Assembly: GCA_963422735.1 (NCBI GenBank)
Contig: OY730476.1
Coordinates: 4,128,001-4,192,000, forward strand
Reading direction: 5' to 3'
DNA from: Candidatus Latescibacterota bacterium
GTDB taxonomy: Bacteria; Latescibacterota; UBA2968; UBA8231
Length of the DNA: 64,000 nucleotides
Under the pieces are notes generated by a model. The model had not been told where the DNA came from. It was given only the letters and a program-made list of their open reading frames with translations, and made no database searches. The position numbers were made by a program, and so were the translations under genes. Shown piece by piece: positions 49,382 through 59,701 of this stretch (the stretch's first letter is position 1; each line of letters starts with the position of its first letter).

Positions 49382-50866
49382 ATGATTACTCCCCAAAAGA
49401 TGTTTAAGGGGTTTTTCTACACCTTGGGCACGGGCTATGCCGCGAGGCTGTGCAGCGTGGGATTGACGGTCTTGATCAAAAGGCAACTCGAACCCAGCGT
49501 TTTTGCCGATGTATTTTGGGGCGTGACGGTCTTTACTATGTTGTCCAGCCTGCGCGAATTCGGCCTGATGCACGCGCTGTTGCACTTCCAAGACCGAGTC
49601 GAGGAATTCGTCGGTACGCACTTTGCGTTGAACGCGTGCCTTACTTTGCTGTCGTGTATGTTCAGCAGCGGGGTCGTCTTGGCCTTGACGTTGCTCTTTC
49701 CAGAGGACTTTTCCTGGACCTTCGCCCAAGTCGCGTGGGTGCTGGCAGCGCTGCACTTTGTGCGCCAACTGACCCTGACTTCAGAGGCTCTGCTCAGAAT
49801 GGATTTTGAGTTTGGGCGGCTTTCCCTCTTGCACGGGCTGGGGACCCTGTTGGCCCTGAGCAGCGCGCTGCTGGCGGCCCGCGCTGGGTGGGAAGAGTGG
49901 AGCCTGATATTGGGAGGGTGGACTACGTACTCGGTGCTCAGCGTAGTGTACGTGCTGTTTTTTTCTACTGCGACTTGGTATAGTCGTCCCCTGCGCCGCG
50001 CCTCTTTGCGTTTCGATTGGGTTTGGGCGCGTCGCTTATTGGGCTATGGCGTGTGGATCTGGGTTGGTTGGGTATTGCAGATTTTTATCTGGTGGTACGA
50101 CAAACTGGTCGTGCGCTTGATCGCCGGCGATACGGCGCTCGCGCTCTACGAGACGGCGTGGTGGCTGGTGCAGATTCCCACCGCGGTCATCGCGCATATC
50201 ATTCTCAACTACAGTAGTGCCCTGTACTCGCGGTATCGGCACGAGCGAGAGCGACTGGGCGAATTGTTCTCCAAGATGATCAGTATAGTGCTGAGGGTGT
50301 CGGCCCCGGTGTCCCTGATTTTGGTCTTCAATGCCCGCGAAATAACCACCCTTTTAGGCGACCAGTGGGCTGCGTCGGCTCGCATCGTGGTTGGGCTGGC
50401 GGCGTATGCGCTTTTGCGCCCGCTGCTCAGCGATGGATTTAGCCTGCTGTGGGCCGTAGGGGCGACGCGCCGGTCCGCGTACATAGTGGGAGTGCAGGGG
50501 GTGATGGCCCTTTTTGCCGTCCCCGCGCTGGGCGTCTTGTGGGGCACGAAGGGCGTGGCGTACAGCATGGGCGCAGTGGCTGGCGCAGGTTTTCTCGGCC
50601 TGTGCGTTGGTTTGCGCGCCTATGTGCGCGTCAATTGGTTCAAGGTATTGGCAGCACCGACCGTGGGATTGCTAACAGCCGCTGTCTGTGGATGGTCGTA
50701 CGCCCGTTGGGCTTTGGATTATGCTGTGGGCGATTTTGCCTTGCGGAGTGGAATTATGGCGTTGGCTTATGCGGCCGTTCTCGGGCTGCTAGAGCACCGC
50801 ACCATCGCCGAAGAGCTTGGGCACTTGCGACGCATTATGCGCGGGAATGCGGCACGAGAGCATTGA
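49382..50866 (+). CDS. Oligosaccharide flippase (Wzx/MOP family)
   Basis: Many TM helices, EFGL..AL, RRLLGYG, DKLVV. Confidence 0.8.
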   Translation: MITPQKMFKGFFYTLGTGYAARLCSVGLTVLIKRQLEPSVFADVFWGVTVFTMLSSLREFGLMHALLHFQDRVEEFVGTHFALNACLTLLSCMFSSGVVLALTLLFPEDFSWTFAQVAWVLAALHFVRQLTLTSEALLRMDFEFGRLSLLHGLGTLLALSSALLAARAGWEEWSLILGGWTTYSVLSVVYVLFFSTATWYSRPLRRASLRFDWVWARRLLGYGVWIWVGWVLQIFIWWYDKLVVRLIAGDTALALYETAWWLVQIPTAVIAHIILNYSSALYSRYRHERERLGELFSKMISIVLRVSAPVSLILVFNAREITTLLGDQWAASARIVVGLAAYALLRPLLSDGFSLLWAVGATRRSAYIVGVQGVMALFAVPALGVLWGTKGVAYSMGAVAGAGFLGLCVGLRAYVRVNWFKVLAAPTVGLLTAAVCGWSYARWALDYAVGDFALRSGIMALAYAAVLGLLEHRTIAEELGHLRRIMRGNAAREH

Positions 50867-50876
50867 AAGCCAAACG

Positions 50877-50912
50877 AAAGACACCACAGGGGTTGTCCCG
50901 ATGTGGGGTTTT
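50877..50912. terminator. Possible bidirectional terminator between convergent genes
   Basis: Imperfect CCACA-GGG/CCC-TGTGG stem with A- and T-rich flanks. Confidence 0.4.
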
Positions 50913-50918
50913 GGCCGT

Positions 50919-51521
50919 TTATCGTGGATCGGTTCCAACTTTTAGGTCGCCGGCCGCGATCCGTGCGAGGGTCGCCGCGTAGAGCCGGTGTTCCACCGCT
51001 AGGACCCGCTTCTGCAACGCCTCGGGTGTATCCCCTGCTTCCACCGGAACCTTCTCCTGCGCCAGCACTCGCCCTTGGTCGTATTCTTTTTCTACTAGGT
51101 GTATCGTCGTCCCGCTCTCTCGCTCCCCGGCGGCCAACACGGCCTCGTGTACTCGCATCCCGTACATGCCCCGCCCGCCGAACTTGGGCAACAGGGAGGG
51201 GTGGATATTCAAAATCCGCCCCTCATAGGCCGCCAGTACCTCCGCCCCCAGCTTTTTCATGTAGCCGGCCAGACAAATCACTTCTACCCCGTGCCACCGC
51301 ATCGCCGCCAGAATCGCTCCCCCTAGCGCCTCTCCGTGCGTCTGCGCGCTCAGGTGGTACGCCGCAATGTTTGCCCTCCGCGCCCGCACCAGCGCCCCCG
51401 ACTGCGAGTTGTTGCTAATCGCCACGCACGGCTCGGCCGCTAGCGTTCCCGCTCTACAGGCATCGATGATAGCCTGCATATTCGACCCAGTGTGCGAGGC
51501 GAGAAATCCCAGTTTTAGCAT
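50919..51521 (-). CDS. purN: Phosphoribosylglycinamide formyltransferase
   Basis: GSNMQAI, LAGYMK, NIHPSLLP.F.G, GTTIHLV..YDQG. Confidence 0.93.
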   Translation of the reverse strand: MLKLGFLASHTGSNMQAIIDACRAGTLAAEPCVAISNNSQSGALVRARRANIAAYHLSAQTHGEALGGAILAAMRWHGVEVICLAGYMKKLGAEVLAAYEGRILNIHPSLLPKFGGRGMYGMRVHEAVLAAGERESGTTIHLVEKEYDQGRVLAQEKVPVEAGDTPEALQKRVLAVEHRLYAATLARIAAGDLKVGTDPR

Positions 51522-51869
51522 CTAGAGAATGTCCAGGACTCGCTCCGGTGGTCGCCCAATGCGCGCTTGGCTTCCTTTGACCACGATCGGCCGCTCGATC
51601 AGGATAGGGTATTCCACCATCGCCTGAATGAGCTGTGCCCGGTCCGTCACCTTGGCCAACCCCAGCGCTTGGTATTCGTCCTCTTGGGTACGCATTAGTT
51701 CCCGGGGTTCCAGTCCCAGTTTTTGCAAAAGATCGTCTAGAGTCTCGGCATCCGGCGGCGTCTGTAGGTACTCGACGACGTCCGCCTCCACGCCTTGCTC
51801 GGCCAACAAAGCCAACGTCTGCCGACTTTTCGAGCATCGCGGGTTGTGGTACATCGTTACTTCGGCCAT
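51522..51869 (-). CDS. arsC: Arsenate reductase (glutaredoxin), ArsC family
   Basis: YHNPRCSKSR, LIERPIV, IGRPPE. Confidence 0.88.
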   Translation of the reverse strand: MAEVTMYHNPRCSKSRQTLALLAEQGVEADVVEYLQTPPDAETLDDLLQKLGLEPRELMRTQEDEYQALGLAKVTDRAQLIQAMVEYPILIERPIVVKGSQARIGRPPERVLDIL

Positions 51870-51930
51870 TTTCTACCCCTGTTGAATGTTTGGTTTGATT
51901 GCCACCCGCAAAAATTAATACCTTGCTCTC

Positions 51931-52743
51931 ATGCCTACAATAAACCGATCGATCAGCCCGGCGACGCCAGCCGACGCCGAATTCTACCAGCAAAACGGCT
52001 ATATCCGCTACGAGCGATTCTTCTCCGCAGAGGAGATAGCCCCGCTGCGCCAAGCCATTGACCACGCCATCGCCACGCATCGCGCCCGCATCAAAGGGGC
52101 CGAGCGGGATGGCCGCGTCTCGGAAGACTACGAGCGCGTCTTCAATCAGATGGTCAACCTCTGGACCGACTACCCGGCCGCCAAGGAAGTCGCCTTCCAT
52201 CCGCGCTTGGCCGAGACCGCCCGCCGCTTGAGCGGCTGCCGCCACGTGCGCATGTACCACGATCACGCAATGATCAAGCCCCCCGGCCAAAAGAGCAAGG
52301 AAACGAATTGGCACCAGGACGCTCCCTATTGGCCCATGGACCCGGTCGGCGCGCTATCGGCGTGGATCGCGGTGGACGACGTGACCGCGGACAACGGCTG
52401 CCTCCACTTTGTGCCCGGGTCTCACCAGTACGAGCGGCTCGAACCGATCAAACTCGGCGTTGCTGGCGATAGTATCGTCGCCAAAATGAAGGAACGGGGC
52501 TACGATGTGCCCGAGCCGGTGACCATGGGTATGAAAGCCGGCGGCGTTACCTTCCACCACGGCTGCACCTTCCACTACGCCGGTCCCAATCAGACCGCTG
52601 CGCCGCGCCGTGCGTTCGCCATTATCTACATGCCCGATTACACCACGTTTACCGGGACCCACGACGCGGCTGGCGCGGCCGACGAAATGGAGGCCGGCGG
52701 CCCTTGGGACCATCCGCTGCACCCCATTCTGGCGGACGATTGA
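51931..52743 (+). CDS. Phytanoyl-CoA dioxygenase (PhyH) family
   Basis: WHQD, NGCL.FVPGSH, HHG.TFH, RRA. Confidence 0.9.
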   Translation: MPTINRSISPATPADAEFYQQNGYIRYERFFSAEEIAPLRQAIDHAIATHRARIKGAERDGRVSEDYERVFNQMVNLWTDYPAAKEVAFHPRLAETARRLSGCRHVRMYHDHAMIKPPGQKSKETNWHQDAPYWPMDPVGALSAWIAVDDVTADNGCLHFVPGSHQYERLEPIKLGVAGDSIVAKMKERGYDVPEPVTMGMKAGGVTFHHGCTFHYAGPNQTAAPRRAFAIIYMPDYTTFTGTHDAAGAADEMEAGGPWDHPLHPILADD

Positions 52744-52791
52744 GGAGACTACCGCGCCGACGGATTTGACGGCAAGGGTCCGATCGCCTGT

Positions 52792-53649
52792 TCACCCTTC
52801 CTCCAAACGCAACATTACCGTGTCGATAAAACCGCCCTCCACATGGCGCGAGGCCAATGCAGCAGCGCGCTGAGCAGCCGTAGCAATTCCCACCCCTCGG
52901 TGCAGACGATGCGCCAAATACGCGGCGAAAAACACATCTCCAGCCCCTGTTGGATCAGCCACCGTCGCTACCGGAGCCGACGCAAACTTCGTCCGCGGCC
53001 CCTTCCGACTTGCCACCCAGCCGCCGTGTGAGCCTTCGGTGACGACCCACTCTGTTACCGAGCAATCGCGCATCAACTGTTCCAGCGTCAGGCGGCAATC
53101 GGCGAGCACGAGTCCTAATTCGGTACTATCAGCTTTGACACAGTCCGCGCGTTGCAGGGCGGCATACAGACTGCCATCAACCCCTTGGTACACCTGCGTC
53201 CCCTCAATCCGCCGCACATAGCCTTGGATGTCCAAGCTCACCTGAAAGCCAGCCCCGATTGCCGCTAACACTTCGGGGCCAATATCGTTAGGGTGTAGCG
53301 GCCCCAAATGCACGTGCTCCACGCCGGTGAGCACCGGCCCGAGTTGCGCTGCGGCAATCGGCGCGGCACAAGCAAGCAACTCCTGACGCCGAGTATCGCC
53401 ATCGACGTAGTTGACAAAACAGGTCGTCGCCGCGCTCTCACCCGCATAGACTTCAATACCCCGTTGCTGCAACATCGCCAGCATCGCTTGGTCAGCCGCA
53501 GCAACGTTGGTCAACACCCGCGTCTCCACGCCCAGCTCGGCAAAAGTCAGCCCAGCATACGCGACCACCCCCCCGCGCTTGTACGCGCCTACGCCGCCCT
53601 GCATCACGCGATCAATCGTTGCCGAGCCAATGACTGCCACTGTGCCCAT
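52792..53649 (-). CDS. PfkB-family carbohydrate kinase
   Basis: GG..AY, LDIQG, VTEG..G, DPTGAGDVF. Confidence 0.88.
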   Translation of the reverse strand: MGTVAVIGSATIDRVMQGGVGAYKRGGVVAYAGLTFAELGVETRVLTNVAAADQAMLAMLQQRGIEVYAGESAATTCFVNYVDGDTRRQELLACAAPIAAAQLGPVLTGVEHVHLGPLHPNDIGPEVLAAIGAGFQVSLDIQGYVRRIEGTQVYQGVDGSLYAALQRADCVKADSTELGLVLADCRLTLEQLMRDCSVTEWVVTEGSHGGWVASRKGPRTKFASAPVATVADPTGAGDVFFAAYLAHRLHRGVGIATAAQRAAALASRHVEGGFIDTVMLRLEEG

Positions 53650-53899
53650 ATCAGACTCTATTAGGTCGGCGGCTCAAAAGAGCACATCGGGCTGTAATCC
53701 ATTGTGTCGTCATATACAATCCCTTTGGCTGCGGCCACGTCACCTTGGGCCGCTGTTTATTTTTGCTAGGCCGCGTCATCGCTCGAGACTTGCCGCACAG
53801 TGGCGCGACTGGAACGCAGGGAGCCCATAAGCGGTCGTTGTCTTCGACTATGTCTGTGAACAAAAGCAAAGGAGCTTTCCATGCCGCCCCGAATGGCGC

Positions 53900-54400
53900 A
53901 CTGTTGATGAACTGTTGGCTGGGAGGATTTTGCCGCGCTACCCGGCAAAGGGCAACCCCTCGACCTGAGTGCTTACTTTGCCAGCGGCCCCGAACACCGC
54001 ATCGCCGGCAAGCCGCTCAAGGACAACGTGGTTTTGCCCCAAGCCTTGCAGGACCGCCGCGCCGCCGAACAACTCGCACCCAAGCTAGCCAAACTCTAGC
54101 GACGCAAAAGGACTACCTGTCGGCGTTAAAGGCCAAAAGTTGTGCCCAAGCTCCGGGCTTGTGCCGCTTCTTCCCCGACCGCCTTCGGCCTACCGACTTA
54201 GCCCGAATATTTCTCTGAACCAGTGGATGCGCCTTTGCCTGACCGCCGTGCCTTTCTCGACGGTGCCAGACACTACAACCGCCGCCATCGCCGAGTACCT
54301 AGCCTCCCGGTGCCGAGCCAACGCTTGCGTCGAGTGCCTCAACCAACAAGTGGCCTTCTCGCGGCCCTTACCCGCCATTACAAGGCGGCGCGTCCCTCGC
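53900..54400 (+). pseudogene. Heavily decayed coding remnant, possibly a transposase
   Basis: Fragments such as RANACVECLNQ and APGLCRFF loosely recall transposase C-termini; no intact frame. Confidence 0.25.
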
Positions 54401-54413
54401 TCTGGTGGCGGCT

Positions 54414-55229
54414 TTAAAAAAACAGCCGCATGGCCGTCTCGCCCAACACCTGCTCCTGCTCCGCCTCGCTCAGCCCCAATTCCTCGGCGAACACCGCCAG
54501 GTGCTGGGCGTAGGTCGCTTTTTCCAACCAGTGCTCGCACGGGAAGTCCGATCCCCAGATACAGCGCTCGGGGCCAAAGGCTGCGAGCAGGTGGTGCAGT
54601 TGCGGGTGCGTATCGGCGAAGGGGTACTCCTGCTGCGAGCTAGTCACCGCAAAGGTGAGTTTGGCGTGGAGTTGGTCAAATCGCGCCAAGGCCGCTGCTT
54701 GGCGCACTGCCGCGTCCTCAATCCCGTTAGCCGCCACCGGATAGGCGCAGTGGTCCAGCACCACCGGGACGTGGGGGAACCGCCCCAACAAAGCTGCCAA
54801 CTCGCCGAGTTGTTCCTGGCGCAAATGGGCACAGATTACCGCGCCGACTTCGCCAGCCCGATGCCAGAGCCGATCGGCCCCAGGCTGGTCGTATCCCGCA
54901 GGCGCGGCTTCGACACGGACTCCCTTGACGTTGTATTCGGTCACCAGCCGCTCCAGCTCGGCGGGGCTATCGTCCCCGGCTGGGTCCAACGTGCAGACCC
55001 CAACCGTCCAGTCGGCATTGGCCCGGGCCGTATCGGCCAACAACCGATTGTCCCAGCGATAGGCCGACCCCGTTTGGATCAGCACCACGCGCCCGACGCC
55101 ATTGGCTTGGATCTCGCGCCGTATATGTTCGATGGACCCCACGCCCGGCGACGGCCGGAAGGGGCCCTCTTTCATAGGGTATCGCGCCTCGTCCTCGTGG
55201 TAAATATGCGCGTGTGTATCGACGATCAT
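54414..55229 (-). CDS. Amidohydrolase family protein (Amidohydro_2)
   Basis: IVDTHAH, VVLDHC, WGSDFP, VLGETA. Confidence 0.9.
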   Translation of the reverse strand: MIVDTHAHIYHEDEARYPMKEGPFRPSPGVGSIEHIRREIQANGVGRVVLIQTGSAYRWDNRLLADTARANADWTVGVCTLDPAGDDSPAELERLVTEYNVKGVRVEAAPAGYDQPGADRLWHRAGEVGAVICAHLRQEQLGELAALLGRFPHVPVVLDHCAYPVAANGIEDAAVRQAAALARFDQLHAKLTFAVTSSQQEYPFADTHPQLHHLLAAFGPERCIWGSDFPCEHWLEKATYAQHLAVFAEELGLSEAEQEQVLGETAMRLFF

Positions 55230-55327
55230 CGCCGGCTCCTTTCCGTAGTCTATTCAAGTGAAAATAGTGGAAATAAAGAAGAAACAGATAGCTCAAAACT
55301 TGCCCGAATCCAGCCGCTAGGTACACT

Positions 55328-55577
55328 TAGTGGTTAGTGATTAGTGGCCAGTGGCCAGTTCCACCCCCCGGCCCATAGGTGCGGGAAACGGGTCGCTGAC
55401 CGTGGTTAGTGATTAGTGGCCAGTGGCCAGTTCCACCCCCCGGCCCATAGGTGCGGGAAACGGGTCGCTGACCGTGGTTAGTGGTTAGTGGCCAGTGGCC
55501 AGTTCCACCTCCCGGCCCATAGGTGCGGGAAACCGATCACTAATCACTGATCACTGATCACTAATCACTGACCACTA
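55328..55577. repeat. Three tandem 72-bp units plus an inverted heptamer arm
   Basis: Units start at 55330, 55402 and 55474; each is four GTGRYYA heptamers plus GTTCCACC[C/T]CCCGGCCCATAGGTGCGGGAAAC; ends in (TRAYCAC)n. Confidence 0.93.
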
Positions 55578-55590
55578 TCCTGCATAATCC

Positions 55591-56502
55591 ATGCGTTTAT
55601 ATCTAAAGCGGGTCTCGATCGCCTTGCTGCTTTTGGCACCGGTGCTGTGCGGTGCCTTCGCCCTGACATCGCATCCCGTGGAGCCACATCCCTACTTTGC
55701 ATCGGGGGACGTCTTGGTCATTGCCCATCGAGGTGGCAAGGGGCTGGCACCGGAAAACACATTGGTGGCCTTTGTTCGCTCGGCCGCATTGGGGGTTGAT
55801 GTGCTAGAGATGGACTTGCGCCAAAGCAGCGACGGCGCGCTCATTGTCCTGCACGACCGACGCGTTGACCGCACGACCAACGGCCAAGGCGCAGCCGATA
55901 GCTTGCGCCTCGCCCAATTGAAACAGTTAGACGCCGGCTACCGTTTCAGTCCAGACGGCCAAACCTTTCCCTATCGCGGCCAAGGGATCGCAATCCCCAC
56001 CCTAGACGAGGTATTTACAGCCTTTCCCAACATGCGCTTTCTCATCGAAATCAAAGACGACTCCGATGCGCTAGTACGCGACTTCTGCCGCACGATCCGG
56101 CGCTTCGAACTAAGCGAGCGTGTCATCGCCGCATCGTTCCGCAGCCGTCCCTTAGCGAGCTTGCGCCAGACTTGCCCCGAAGTAGCGACTTCGGCTTCTT
56201 CATCAGCAGGAATGTCCTTTGTCTTTCTCCACTGGCTGAGGCTTGACGCGGCTTATCACCCCACCAGCCAAGCCTTTCAGTTTCCGACCCACTTCGGCGA
56301 GATCGACCTGATAGACCGGCGCTTCGTCGCCCGCGCCCACGCCCACAACATTCAAGTCCACGTCTGGACCGTCAACGATCCCAACGCCATGCAGCACTAC
56401 CTAGACCTAGGCGTTGATGGCTTAATCACCGACTATCCCGACCGCCTACTACGCACCCTGAACCGCCAGCCCGCAGAGGAGGCACCATGGGCGACACAGT
56501 AG
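55591..56502 (+). CDS. Glycerophosphodiester phosphodiesterase
   Basis: IAHRGG, APENT, LEMD, HD..VDRTT, EIK, WTVN, LITDYP; N-terminal hydrophobic segment. Confidence 0.92.
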   Translation: MRLYLKRVSIALLLLAPVLCGAFALTSHPVEPHPYFASGDVLVIAHRGGKGLAPENTLVAFVRSAALGVDVLEMDLRQSSDGALIVLHDRRVDRTTNGQGAADSLRLAQLKQLDAGYRFSPDGQTFPYRGQGIAIPTLDEVFTAFPNMRFLIEIKDDSDALVRDFCRTIRRFELSERVIAASFRSRPLASLRQTCPEVATSASSSAGMSFVFLHWLRLDAAYHPTSQAFQFPTHFGEIDLIDRRFVARAHAHNIQVHVWTVNDPNAMQHYLDLGVDGLITDYPDRLLRTLNRQPAEEAPWATQ

Positions 56503-57176
56503 CCCTGAACGTACAACACCTGACCAAAACCTACGGCAGCGGGCCAAATGCCCTGACGGTCCTCGCCGATGTGAGCTTCGCCCTTGCGGCTGGTGCCACC
56601 TGCGCGGTTGTCGGCCCCTCGGGCAGCGGCAAAACTACGCTGCTGGGATTGTGCGCCGGGCTAGATCGCGCCAGCTCGGGATCGGTCGCGCTCGACGGCG
56701 TGGATTTAGGCGGTCTCGACGAGGACCAGCGCGCTCATCTCCGCAGCGAAAAGGTTGGCTTTGTCTTCCAAAACTTCCAGCTCATCCCCACCCTCAGTGC
56801 TCTCGAAAACGCCATGGTGCCGCTCGAATTGCGCCGCGAGCCAAACGCCCGCGAGTGCGCCGTTGATCTCCTCGACCGGGTCGGCTTGGGCGATCGGCTG
56901 CACCACTACCCAGCGCAGCTTTCGGGGGGCGAGCAACAGCGCGTGGCGCTCGCGCGGGCCTTTATCAACCGCCCCGCGCTCCTCTTTGCCGATGAACCTA
57001 CCGGCAACCTCGACGACGACACCAGCGGCAAAGTGCAGGACCTGCTTTTCAGCCTCAACGAGGAGTCCGGTGCCACTCTAATTTTGGTCACCCACGATCT
57101 GACGCTGGCCCGCCTCACCCAGCGAATCATCCGCCTGCAAGGTGGCCGGGTAGCCGACGATCAGCTAGGCAGATGA
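56487..57176 (+). CDS. ABC transporter ATP-binding protein (YbbA-like)
   Basis: GPSGSGKT, LSGGEQQR, ADEPTGNLD. Confidence 0.92.
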   Translation: MGDTVALNVQHLTKTYGSGPNALTVLADVSFALAAGATCAVVGPSGSGKTTLLGLCAGLDRASSGSVALDGVDLGGLDEDQRAHLRSEKVGFVFQNFQLIPTLSALENAMVPLELRREPNARECAVDLLDRVGLGDRLHHYPAQLSGGEQQRVALARAFINRPALLFADEPTGNLDDDTSGKVQDLLFSLNEESGATLILVTHDLTLARLTQRIIRLQGGRVADDQLGR

Positions 57177-59701
57177 TGATCTGGCTCGGCAAAATGGCTT
57201 GGCGCGACAGCCGCAGCCACCGCGGCAAACTGCTGCTTTTTATCTCTTCTATTTCCATCGGCATCGGTGCGCTCGTCGGCTTGGGCAGCCTCAGCTTTGC
57301 GCTACAAGGAGCAATGGACCAACAAGCCGCTGCGCTCTTGGGAGCCGATATGGCGCTAGTGAGCCGCCAGCCCTTCACGCCCGCCACCGAAGCACTCATC
57401 GACTCGCTCGGCGGAGTTCAGGCGCGCCAAGTTGCTTTCAATTCCATGATTTACCTGCCCAAGACCCAGAGCACCCGCCTCGCCCAGATCCGCGCCCTCA
57501 CCGGTCCTTTCCCCTTTTACGGCGAGCTAAAAACGGCACCGGCCGAGGCCGCACGCAGCTTCCGCATTCAGCCGCAAGCCCTCGTTGACGAGGCACTCAT
57601 GTTGCAGTTTGGGGCTGCGGTCGGCGATTCGATCGAGATCGGTGACACTATCTTCCGCATCGGTGGTCGGCTCCTGCGCGTCCCCGGCGAGAACAGCCTC
57701 TTCAGCGACATCCAGCCGCGCATCTATATCTCAATGTCCTACCTCGACCGCACCCGCCTGATCCAACGAGGCAGCCGGGTCACCTACACCGCCTTCTTCC
57801 GCTTCGCCGAGCGGGATGTCCAAGCGCTAGCCAAGTCCATCCGCCCGCACATCCGAGGCGACCGCCTCCGGCTCGAAACCATTGCCAGCCGCAAGGCGCG
57901 GCTCGGCCGCACCCTAACCAACCTCTACCGCTTCTTAAACCTCGGCAGCTTTATCGCTCTCCTGCTCGGCGGCGTGGGCGTGGCCAGCGCCATCCACACC
58001 TATACCAAGCAGAAATTGCCTACCGTCGCCGTGCTGCGCAGTCTTGGTGTCCCTGCCCGTCAGACCGTCTTGATCTATCTAATCCAAACCGGAGCCATGG
58101 GCTTGGTCGGCTCGCTCGCCGGTGCCCTGTTCGGGGTTGGGGTCCTCTACCTGCTTCCCAATGTCCTCGCCGACGTGCTGCCCCTACAGGTCGAGCCGCG
58201 CTTTGATCCCCTCGCCGTATTGGAGGGCCTCGGCCTCGGCGTCGGCCTGTCGCTGCTGTTTGCCGCTCGGCCGCTGCTGGCCATTGGCAAGACCTCGCCG
58301 CTTTTGACGCTGCGTGCCTCCTTTGAAGACGCTCAACCGGCCGACAGTAGCCTGCTGCGCTGGGCTTTGTACTTGGGAATAGTCCTGACGACCGCGATTT
58401 TTGCCTACAGACTCACCGGCGTCTGGTCGTTGGCCCTTGGCTTTGTCGGCGGGGTTGGAGCCGCCTTCGCGCTCTTGATCCTTACGGCTCGCTCAATCAT
58501 CTACGGCACTCGGCGGTTTTTTCCCGCCTCTTGGAGCTATATCTGGCGTCAGGGGCTAGCCAACCTCTACCGGCCCAACAACCAGACTACGCTGCTAATG
58601 TTAGGCCTCGGGCTGGGAACCTTCTTGCTCAGCACCCTTTTCCTGACCCAGACCAACCTGCTGTCCCACATCAAAAGCGTCGGCTCCGACCAAAATCCCA
58701 ATGTCGTGCTCTTCGACATTCAAACCGACCAGCGCCAGGAGCTAAACGACCTTGTCGCGGGGATGGATCTGCCGCTCTTGCAACAGATGCCCATCGTCAC
58801 CATGCACATCCACAGCGTCAAAGGCCAACCCGCCCGCGCCATGCTCCGCGATACCACCACTAGCAACCGGCGGCGCGGCAATTGGGCCTTTCGGCACGAG
58901 TACCGCGCGACCTATCGCGATTTTCTCACTGAGACCGAAGAGATCGTCGCCGGCACGTGGCGCAGCCAACCTGCGGGCGATACCCTCTACGTCTCCTTGG
59001 AAACAGGCGTCGCCTCCTCTTTGGGCGTTGGCGTCGGCGACTCGTTGACCTTTGACGTCCAAGGGGTGCCTATCGAAGTGGTCGTCGGCAGTCTGCGCCG
59101 CGTCAATTGGCAGCGGATCATGCCCAACTTTTTGGCGGTCTTCCCCCCCGGCATTCTCGAACCTGCGCCACAATCCCACGTCCTCGTCACGCGCGCCGCC
59201 ACGACCGAGCAAATGGCCGCCCTGCAGCGGGCCATCGTGCGCCGGTTCCCCAACGTTGCGGTCATCGATCTTGGCAGCATCCTTAGCACGGTCGATGCCA
59301 TCCTCGACAAGGTTTCGCTGATGGTCCGCTTTATGGCCTTTTTCAGCGTCTCTGTTGGCCTGATCGTGCTCGTCGGCGTAATCGCCAGCAGCCGCTACCA
59401 ACGCATTGAGGAAAGCGTCTTGCTCAAGACCTTGGGGGCTAGTCGCCGCCAAGTGGGAGCAATCATGGCACTCGAATACCTGTTTTTGGGAGCCTTTGCT
59501 GCGGCGACGGGAGTGATCTTGTCGCTGGGGGGCGTCTGGGCCTTGAGCCGCTATCTTTTTGAGATCGGCTTCGCGCCCAACTACCTGCCCGTGCTCCTCG
59601 CCTTTGCGGCGGTGAGTTTGCTAACGGTCGCCGTCGGCATGATCTCCGGTCGCGGCGTCCATACCAGCCCACCGCTGGAAGTTTTGCGCTCGCTCGGTTA
59701 G
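57173..59701 (+). CDS. ABC transporter permease with duplicated FtsX domains (YbbP-like)
   Basis: AWRD.R, FPFYG, LFDIQ.DQ, LKTLGA. Confidence 0.9.
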   Translation: MMIWLGKMAWRDSRSHRGKLLLFISSISIGIGALVGLGSLSFALQGAMDQQAAALLGADMALVSRQPFTPATEALIDSLGGVQARQVAFNSMIYLPKTQSTRLAQIRALTGPFPFYGELKTAPAEAARSFRIQPQALVDEALMLQFGAAVGDSIEIGDTIFRIGGRLLRVPGENSLFSDIQPRIYISMSYLDRTRLIQRGSRVTYTAFFRFAERDVQALAKSIRPHIRGDRLRLETIASRKARLGRTLTNLYRFLNLGSFIALLLGGVGVASAIHTYTKQKLPTVAVLRSLGVPARQTVLIYLIQTGAMGLVGSLAGALFGVGVLYLLPNVLADVLPLQVEPRFDPLAVLEGLGLGVGLSLLFAARPLLAIGKTSPLLTLRASFEDAQPADSSLLRWALYLGIVLTTAIFAYRLTGVWSLALGFVGGVGAAFALLILTARSIIYGTRRFFPASWSYIWRQGLANLYRPNNQTTLLMLGLGLGTFLLSTLFLTQTNLLSHIKSVGSDQNPNVVLFDIQTDQRQELNDLVAGMDLPLLQQMPIVTMHIHSVKGQPARAMLRDTTTSNRRRGNWAFRHEYRATYRDFLTETEEIVAGTWRSQPAGDTLYVSLETGVASSLGVGVGDSLTFDVQGVPIEVVVGSLRRVNWQRIMPNFLAVFPPGILEPAPQSHVLVTRAATTEQMAALQRAIVRRFPNVAVIDLGSILSTVDAILDKVSLMVRFMAFFSVSVGLIVLVGVIASSRYQRIEESVLLKTLGASRRQVGAIMALEYLFLGAFAAATGVILSLGGVWALSRYLFEIGFAPNYLPVLLAFAAVSLLTVAVGMISGRGVHTSPPLEVLRSLG

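Noticed and set aside
55358-55533. CRISPR array
   Set aside because: The intervening sequences are near-identical and low-complexity rather than unique spacers, and there are no cas genes in the window
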